Shown here piece by piece: positions 58,718 through 64,000 of a stretch of 64,000 nt of DNA. The DNA lies in assembly GCA_963708045.1 (NCBI GenBank), contig OY970181.1:643740-707739 (forward strand), in the 5' to 3' direction. Position 1 is the stretch's first letter. Every line of letters begins with the position of its first letter. This stretch comes from an uncultured bacterium. Lineage in GTDB: Bacteria; Patescibacteriota; Patescibacteriia; CAIQCM01. A program made the position numbers and the translations under genes. Under the pieces are notes generated by a model. That model saw nothing but the letters and a program-made list of their open reading frames with translations, was not told where the DNA came from and made no database searches.

Positions 58718-60043
58718 ATGCCTCAAGATAACGCAAAAGAAAAGCACTTGAATACGCCGGACATTGGATCGGTTGCCGAACATCGTCACGAGAAATTAGC
58801 TTTTCCCGAAGGTTTTTTGTGGGGGACAGCCACAGCTGCTTATCAGGTTGAAGGAAATAATGAACACACTGATTGGTGGCAGTGGGAAAAAGACAACCCG
58901 ACGCGCGTTCGCGAACCGTCGGGGCTTGCTGTTGATCATTATCATCGTTACGAAGCCGACTTGGATATGGCGGCAACGCTTGGAACGAAGCTGTATCGGT
59001 TTTCCATTGAGTGGGCACGCGTGGTGCCGCACGAAAACGCCATTGATCGCCACGAGCTGGAACATTATGGCAATATGCTTCGCGCTTGTCGTGCGCGCGG
59101 GCTTAAAACAATGGTCACGCTTCATCACTTCACTATTCCTGAGTGGTTAAAGGAAAAAGGCGGCTGGGAATGGTCGGGCGCAGCCAGTGCTTTTCGCGAT
59201 TTTGCGCGCCTTGTCGCTACCGAGTATCTTGATCTGGTTGATTATTGGATTACGATTAACGAACCCATGGTTATTGTTTCTCAAGGATATGTAACAGCGG
59301 TTTGGGCGCCGGCCAAACGCAATTATTTTTCCGCTTACGTTGTTTACCGACATTTGGTTTCCGCGCACAAGCAAGCGTATCGGGCGATTCATGAGGTCGC
59401 GGAAAAGCAAAAGAAAAACGTGCTAGTCGGCGCCGCTAATAATCTTATTTCGCTTTCCGCTTATAATCGTCACCGTTTTGCCGATCGCTGGTATGTTTGG
59501 TTAATGGATAGAATTTGGAACCATGCGTTTATTGACGCGACCAAAGGATGTCATGATTATTTGGGCGTTAATTATTATTTTCACCAAAGAATTGATCCGG
59601 GAAAAAAACGGATTATGGGGGTGATTGTGGACATCCGCGAGGAACAGCGCGATATGTCGGACATTGGTTGGGAAGTTTTTCCCGCCGGGCTTTTTGACGC
59701 GCTTTTAGATATTTCCAATTACAAACTGCCGATAATAATTACGGAAAACGGGATCGCGACCAAAAATGACGACCGGCGCGCGCGATATATTGTTTCATAT
59801 ATTAAAGAGCTTTATCACACGATCGCCGCGGGAATTGATGTGCGCGGTTATTGCTATTGGTCGCTTTTGGATAATTTTGAATGGGAAAAAGGTTTTGGCG
59901 CGAGTTTTGGACTAATAGAAGTTAAACAGCCGACCTTGGAGCGTTCGTTTAAACCTTCGGCCAAAATTTATGGAATGATTGCCAAAGAAAATGGCATCCC
60001 ACACGAACTGCTCCGATTTGTCGGACACGAGGCGAAGCTGTAA
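58718..60043 (+). CDS. GH1 beta-glucosidase
   Basis: FLWGTATAAYQVEG, RFSIEWAR, TINEP, ITENG, WSLLDNFEW. Confidence 0.93.
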   Translation: MPQDNAKEKHLNTPDIGSVAEHRHEKLAFPEGFLWGTATAAYQVEGNNEHTDWWQWEKDNPTRVREPSGLAVDHYHRYEADLDMAATLGTKLYRFSIEWARVVPHENAIDRHELEHYGNMLRACRARGLKTMVTLHHFTIPEWLKEKGGWEWSGAASAFRDFARLVATEYLDLVDYWITINEPMVIVSQGYVTAVWAPAKRNYFSAYVVYRHLVSAHKQAYRAIHEVAEKQKKNVLVGAANNLISLSAYNRHRFADRWYVWLMDRIWNHAFIDATKGCHDYLGVNYYFHQRIDPGKKRIMGVIVDIREEQRDMSDIGWEVFPAGLFDALLDISNYKLPIIITENGIATKNDDRRARYIVSYIKELYHTIAAGIDVRGYCYWSLLDNFEWEKGFGASFGLIEVKQPTLERSFKPSAKIYGMIAKENGIPHELLRFVGHEAKL

Positions 60044-60054
60044 GATGCACGTAT

Positions 60055-60124
60055 CATGAACCATGAACCATGAACCATGAATCATTAACTACTCATTAAT
60101 GGATGGTACGTGGTACATGATCAT
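60055..60124. repeat. Heptamer tandem repeat (CATGAAC)x4 with degenerate inverted arm
   Basis: CATGAAC x3 plus CATGAAT, then ATGGTAC GTGGTAC ATGATCA. Confidence 0.65.
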
Positions 60125-60131
60125 AAACAAT

Positions 60132-60707
60132 ATGCGCGAAATCGTTTTAGACATAGAAACGCAAAATTTAATTGAACGCGGTAATGGCGGAATGAATAAA
60201 CTAAAAATTTCCTTCGTGGGAATTTTTGATTATCAAACCCGCACCTACGACGGTTTTTTTGAACAAGACCTGCCGCGGCTTTGGAAAATTTTGGAACACA
60301 GCGATCGGATCATTGGCTACAACACCAAGGGTTTTGATGTTCCAGTGATGAATGGTTATTATCCTGGCGATTTATTTAAGATTGGACAGCTGGATATGAT
60401 GGAAGAAGTTGCCAAACACACCGGTTTCCGACTTAAACTAGACGACCTCGCGCACGCCACTTTGGGTATTGGGAAGTCGGGGAGCGGCTTGGATGCGGTA
60501 AAGTATTGGCAAGCCGGGGAATTAGACAAACTGCGCGAATATTGTCTTATGGACGTCAAAGTCACCAAGGAACTTTATGAACACGGACGGACGCAAGGCA
60601 AAGTTTTTTACTTTGATCGTTTTAAAAATGAAAAAATAGAAGTGCCGGTAAATTTTATCCCGCCCAAAATTGAAAAACCAGCAATGAATTTATCGCTGGG
60701 GTTTTAA
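60132..60707 (+). CDS. DEDD/RNase H-like 3'-5' exonuclease domain protein (YprB-like)
   Basis: LDIET, IGYNTKGFD, LKLDDLA, YCLMDV. Confidence 0.85.
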   Translation: MREIVLDIETQNLIERGNGGMNKLKISFVGIFDYQTRTYDGFFEQDLPRLWKILEHSDRIIGYNTKGFDVPVMNGYYPGDLFKIGQLDMMEEVAKHTGFRLKLDDLAHATLGIGKSGSGLDAVKYWQAGELDKLREYCLMDVKVTKELYEHGRTQGKVFYFDRFKNEKIEVPVNFIPPKIEKPAMNLSLGF

Positions 60708-60711
60708 GTTT

Positions 60712-61647
60712 TTAAACCGGACTCTTTTTGCGTTCGCTTAGGCGTAGCCAGATGGGCATAAAAGTTACCCAGGGGATAATGGCAAAGACGAGCGGTAGGA
60801 CAACGCTTGGGCGCGGGAAAAATTGGCTGGCGAGATAAATTGCCAAAGTAAAATTCATACACGCAAGCGAAATGGAAACGGTTTGTCTGGTTTCGTGCGT
60901 TTCCCAAGAAAAGCTGTAGTAGCCGATAATGTTGGTAATAAGAAAAAAGGCGTAAAGAATGGCGATCGTCAAAATTAAATTTTTCCAATCCGAAGTAATG
61001 GCTTCGGCCGCGCCGACTTGTTTACCGACGGCGCCAGCGATAATCAGTCCCAAGGCAACAAAAGAAAATACTTTTGTTTTGTTTTTTATTTGCGCGACCG
61101 TCTTTGGCCAAATGGCGCGGACGATTGCCGCTAAAACAAAAGGAATAAAGATAACCGTTGCGAGTTGAACGAAAATATCTGTGGCATTAACGCTAATGTT
61201 GGCACCAAAGAGAAATTTGGTAAGAGTGGGGATGGTAAACGGCGCGAAAAGCGAGGTTGTGGCCGTTAAGATCATCGTGATTGACGCTTTGCCGCCGTTT
61301 AATTCAACAAGCAGTGGCGCGGTCATACCAATCGGCATCGCGGCGAGGAGGTAAATGGCAAAAATAATATCCGCTGGCCAAATCAGCCAAACCAGCCAGA
61401 CTAAAGTTGGAAAGACAATCAACATCAGCGCGTTCGCCAGCAATAAAAATTTCCAGTCCTTTACATAATCAATGTACGAGTGAAAATTAATTTTTAAGCA
61501 GGAAAGGAAGAAAATAATTTGTAAAAAAATAGTGTTCCATTGTCCAAGGTCGTGGGCGTGCGGCACAAACATTCCCGCCAAAACGGCAACGGCCATCGTT
61601 AGAATATAGGATTGTGAGATAATGAATTTAAGAATACCTTTTAACAT
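60712..61647 (-). CDS. Bile acid:sodium symporter (BASS) family protein
   Basis: LAAMPIGMTAP, TTSLFAPFTIP, MNFTLAI. Confidence 0.85.
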   Translation of the reverse strand: MLKGILKFIISQSYILTMAVAVLAGMFVPHAHDLGQWNTIFLQIIFFLSCLKINFHSYIDYVKDWKFLLLANALMLIVFPTLVWLVWLIWPADIIFAIYLLAAMPIGMTAPLLVELNGGKASITMILTATTSLFAPFTIPTLTKFLFGANISVNATDIFVQLATVIFIPFVLAAIVRAIWPKTVAQIKNKTKVFSFVALGLIIAGAVGKQVGAAEAITSDWKNLILTIAILYAFFLITNIIGYYSFSWETHETRQTVSISLACMNFTLAIYLASQFFPRPSVVLPLVFAIIPWVTFMPIWLRLSERKKSPV

Positions 61648-61717
61648 AGAATGGAATTATACAATATAGTTAATAACTTGCATAAATTTATAAAAACTTT
61701 GTTTAGTTAATTTAAAC

Positions 61718-61743
61718 AAAAAACAACCAAAGGGTTGTTTTTT
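61718..61743 (-). terminator. Terminator downstream of tRNA-Pro
   Basis: aaaaaacaacc-aaag-ggttgtttttt. Confidence 0.65.
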
Positions 61744-61746
61744 ATA

Positions 61747-61819
61747 TCGGGCTGGCGGGGCTCGAACCCACGACCTCACGGTCCCGAACCGTGCGTTCTA
61801 CCTACTGAACTACAGCCCG
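61747..61819 (-). tRNA. tRNA-Pro(CGG)
   Basis: 73-nt cloverleaf: acceptor CGGGCTG/CAGCCCG, anticodon arm CACGG-TTCGGGA-CCGTG, T-loop TTCGAGC; CCA not encoded. Confidence 0.96.
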
Positions 61820-61956
61820 AAGCGGGGAGTAAAGTGGTTGCGCTTGCGCAAACACTTTCTCCGAACGAGTGAATGTATTGCCGAGACAATACAGCCTAAC
61901 GACGAGTCAATAATGTAACACCTATGTTAATTTCTTTCAAGACTTAAGTAAAAAGC

Positions 61957-62865
61957 TTATTGTCTAATGATTCTCCTCCAAATCGGCATAAAGGTCGCCC
62001 AAGGGATGATGGCGAGGACAAGGGGAAGAATAACTTGATGGCGCGGGAAGAATTGGCTCGCCAAAAAGATCGCGAGCGTAAAATTCATATAGGCGAGAGA
62101 AATGGATGCGGTTTGTTTGATCTCGCGCTTTTCCCAATAAAAGGAAAAATATCCAGCCAAATGAATAATGAGAAAGAAGACGTAAAGGGCGATGATGGTT
62201 CCAAGGAAAATCCAAAACGACGCGGCCATTTGCGTAATTGCGCCGGATTGTTTGGCAACGGCGCCGGCGATGAGTAGGCCGAGGAGAATAAGCGAAATTG
62301 GTTTGGTATTGTCTTTTATTTTTTCAATCGTTTTTGGAATAATATTTTTTACAATCATCGCAATTGCGAAGGGGATAAAGATAACGATCGCGAGCTCTGT
62401 AAACATACTGGTCGCGTTTACGTCCACGCTCGTGCCAAAGAAAATTTTTGTAAGCAAAGGGACGGTAAATGGCGCGAGAAGCGAGGTCGTCACAGTCAAA
62501 ACCATCGCAATTGATTGAATGCCGCCGCCAACTTCGGCGAGGAGCGGCGCGGTCATACCGACCGGCATTGCCGCGAGGAGAAACAGGGCAAAACCAAAAT
62601 CTGTCGGATGGATTAGATTAAATATCCAAACAACGGCGGGAAAAATTATTAACATTAGTAGATTAGCGAGCGTCAGCATTTTCCAGTCTTTAAAATGCGA
62701 AAGAACGGTTTTTAAATCAATTTTAAGGCACGAAATAAAAAAGATTACTTGTAAAATAAGCGTGTTCCACGCAATTAAATATTGGGCGTGTGGAAGAAAA
62801 ATTCCCGCTAAAATCGCGACCAAGGTAATAATGATATACCGCTCCGCAAGCAGTTTTTTAAACAT
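61957..62865 (-). CDS. Bile acid:sodium symporter (BASS) family protein, paralog
   Basis: LAAMPVGMTAP, TTSLLAPFTVP, MNFTLAI. Confidence 0.85.
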   Translation of the reverse strand: MFKKLLAERYIIITLVAILAGIFLPHAQYLIAWNTLILQVIFFISCLKIDLKTVLSHFKDWKMLTLANLLMLIIFPAVVWIFNLIHPTDFGFALFLLAAMPVGMTAPLLAEVGGGIQSIAMVLTVTTSLLAPFTVPLLTKIFFGTSVDVNATSMFTELAIVIFIPFAIAMIVKNIIPKTIEKIKDNTKPISLILLGLLIAGAVAKQSGAITQMAASFWIFLGTIIALYVFFLIIHLAGYFSFYWEKREIKQTASISLAYMNFTLAIFLASQFFPRHQVILPLVLAIIPWATFMPIWRRIIRQ

Positions 62866-62924
62866 ATTTGGATATTATACCAAACCATTTCCAAAGACGC
62901 CCGTATTGGTTATAATCAAGGCCA

Positions 62925-63803
62925 ATGGATTTGAGCATTATTATTGTAACTTGGAATAGCGTGGGAGAGATCGCGGCTTCGTTGCGGTCTATTTTTGCTT
63001 ATGCAAACGGGCTTAAATGCGAGGTTTTCGTTATAGACAACGCTTCAACGGACGGGACGCGGCGTGTGGTTGAAAACGTAATCAAAGACGAGGGGCACGT
63101 TCGCGTTAAGTTGATTTGTAACGACCGGAATCTTGGTTTTGCCGCGGCTGTAAATCAAGGAATCGTAAAAAGCACCGGGGCATATGTTTTGCTTTTAAAC
63201 CCCGACACCGAACTTACGAGCGGGTGCCTAGAAACAATGTTGGAGTATTTAAAAACGCGACCCGAGGTCGGAGTCGCGGGCGGAAAGGTACTAAACACCG
63301 ACGGCTCGCTTCAACCGTCGGTGCGACGATTCCCAAAGGTCGGGGATCAGGCGATTATTCTACTTAAGTTGCATAATTTTTTTCCTAAAATTGTCGCGAA
63401 ATATTTTTGCGAAGGTTTTGACTATAACCGCGAAGCAGAGGTTGACCAAGTTCGCGGCGCATATTTTTGGATCAATAGAAAATTAATAGACAAGATCGGC
63501 AGTCTTGATGCAAAGAATTTTTTTATTTGGTTTGAAGAAGTTGATTATTGTTGGCGCGCCAAAGACGCGGGTTATAAAGTAATGTATGTTCCCGAGTCGG
63601 TCGCGAAACACCAAGGCGGCGCAAGTTTTATTCAAGAGGTTTCAATTAAAAAACAGCGCTGGTTAAACGCGAGCATGCGCAATTATTTTAAAAAACGGAA
63701 AATGTATTTTTCTTGGCTTGTCGTTTCCGTTTTATCGCCATTCTCGCTCGCGCTCGCTTTTCTTGTTCAGCATCTTAAAATTAAACCGCGAAAATATGTT
63801 TAA
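62925..63803 (+). CDS. GT2 glycosyltransferase (rhamnosyltransferase-like)
   Basis: SIIIVTWN, IDNASTDG, NLGFAAAVNQG, LLNPD, EEVDYC. Confidence 0.92.
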   Translation: MDLSIIIVTWNSVGEIAASLRSIFAYANGLKCEVFVIDNASTDGTRRVVENVIKDEGHVRVKLICNDRNLGFAAAVNQGIVKSTGAYVLLLNPDTELTSGCLETMLEYLKTRPEVGVAGGKVLNTDGSLQPSVRRFPKVGDQAIILLKLHNFFPKIVAKYFCEGFDYNREAEVDQVRGAYFWINRKLIDKIGSLDAKNFFIWFEEVDYCWRAKDAGYKVMYVPESVAKHQGGASFIQEVSIKKQRWLNASMRNYFKKRKMYFSWLVVSVLSPFSLALAFLVQHLKIKPRKYV

Positions 63804-64000
63804 GGTTGCGGTTCAGCTCTTGTCATGGAACGGCGAAAAACACCTTCGCGCTTGCTTGGAGTCGCTTGCTAAGCAAACTTATGTTGATTTTGAATTGTTA
63901 GTTTTGGATAGCGGTTCAACCGACAACTCGGTTCTGGTTATTGAAGACGTTTTAAAAACTTTTCCGCGTCCTGCGCGTCTTATTAAATTAGAAAAAAATC
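63796..64000 (+). CDS. GT2 glycosyltransferase (partial, runs off window)
   Basis: MFKVAVQLLSWNGEKHLRACLESL..Q...LVLDSGSTD. Confidence 0.85.
   Translation, partial: MFKVAVQLLSWNGEKHLRACLESLAKQTYVDFELLVLDSGSTDNSVLVIEDVLKTFPRPARLIKLEKN

Noticed and set aside
60055-60082. CRISPR array or phase-variable repeat
   Set aside because: 7-bp units without spacers, intergenic; no cas genes; no CRISPR-like repeats seen anywhere in the window
61747-61819. tRNA used as an integration site
   Set aside because: No integrase and no duplicated tRNA 3' end seen

Overview
Chromosomal segment of a bacterium, most likely Patescibacteria/CPR (Parcubacteria-like). The assignment is inferred from gene content and style: CAP-domain protein, cohesin/dockerin pair, CPR-type glycoside hydrolases, and mostly SD-less AT-rich starts. 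Standard code 11 fits. About 55 CDS and one tRNA-Pro(CGG); no rRNA, CRISPR array or transposase seen. Main findings: (1) an Ehr/hydrogenase-4-like six-gene membrane complex (38388-45542) with no visible redox-cofactor ligands; the large subunit lacks the Ni cysteines, all four [4Fe-4S] cysteines of the small subunit are replaced (T59/E62/G126/D156), and a CsoSCA-type carbonic anhydrase lies just upstream; (2) a three-gene ubiquitin-like conjugation operon (coiled-coil-E2, E1, Ubl ending -HSS, no JAB peptidase) at 21042-23320; (3) a putative fimbrial/surface-fibre operon in which a small secreted protein and the C-terminus of a 1662-aa adhesin share one domain, next to a DUF916-like anchor and a dockerin-cohesin pair (3281-11513); (4) a plant-type class II PRPP synthetase; (5) an AT-rich island with a triply frameshifted KAP NTPase and a HEPN-like gene, ending in a perfect 42-bp palindrome. 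Family assignments come from motif recognition only; no database searches were run.
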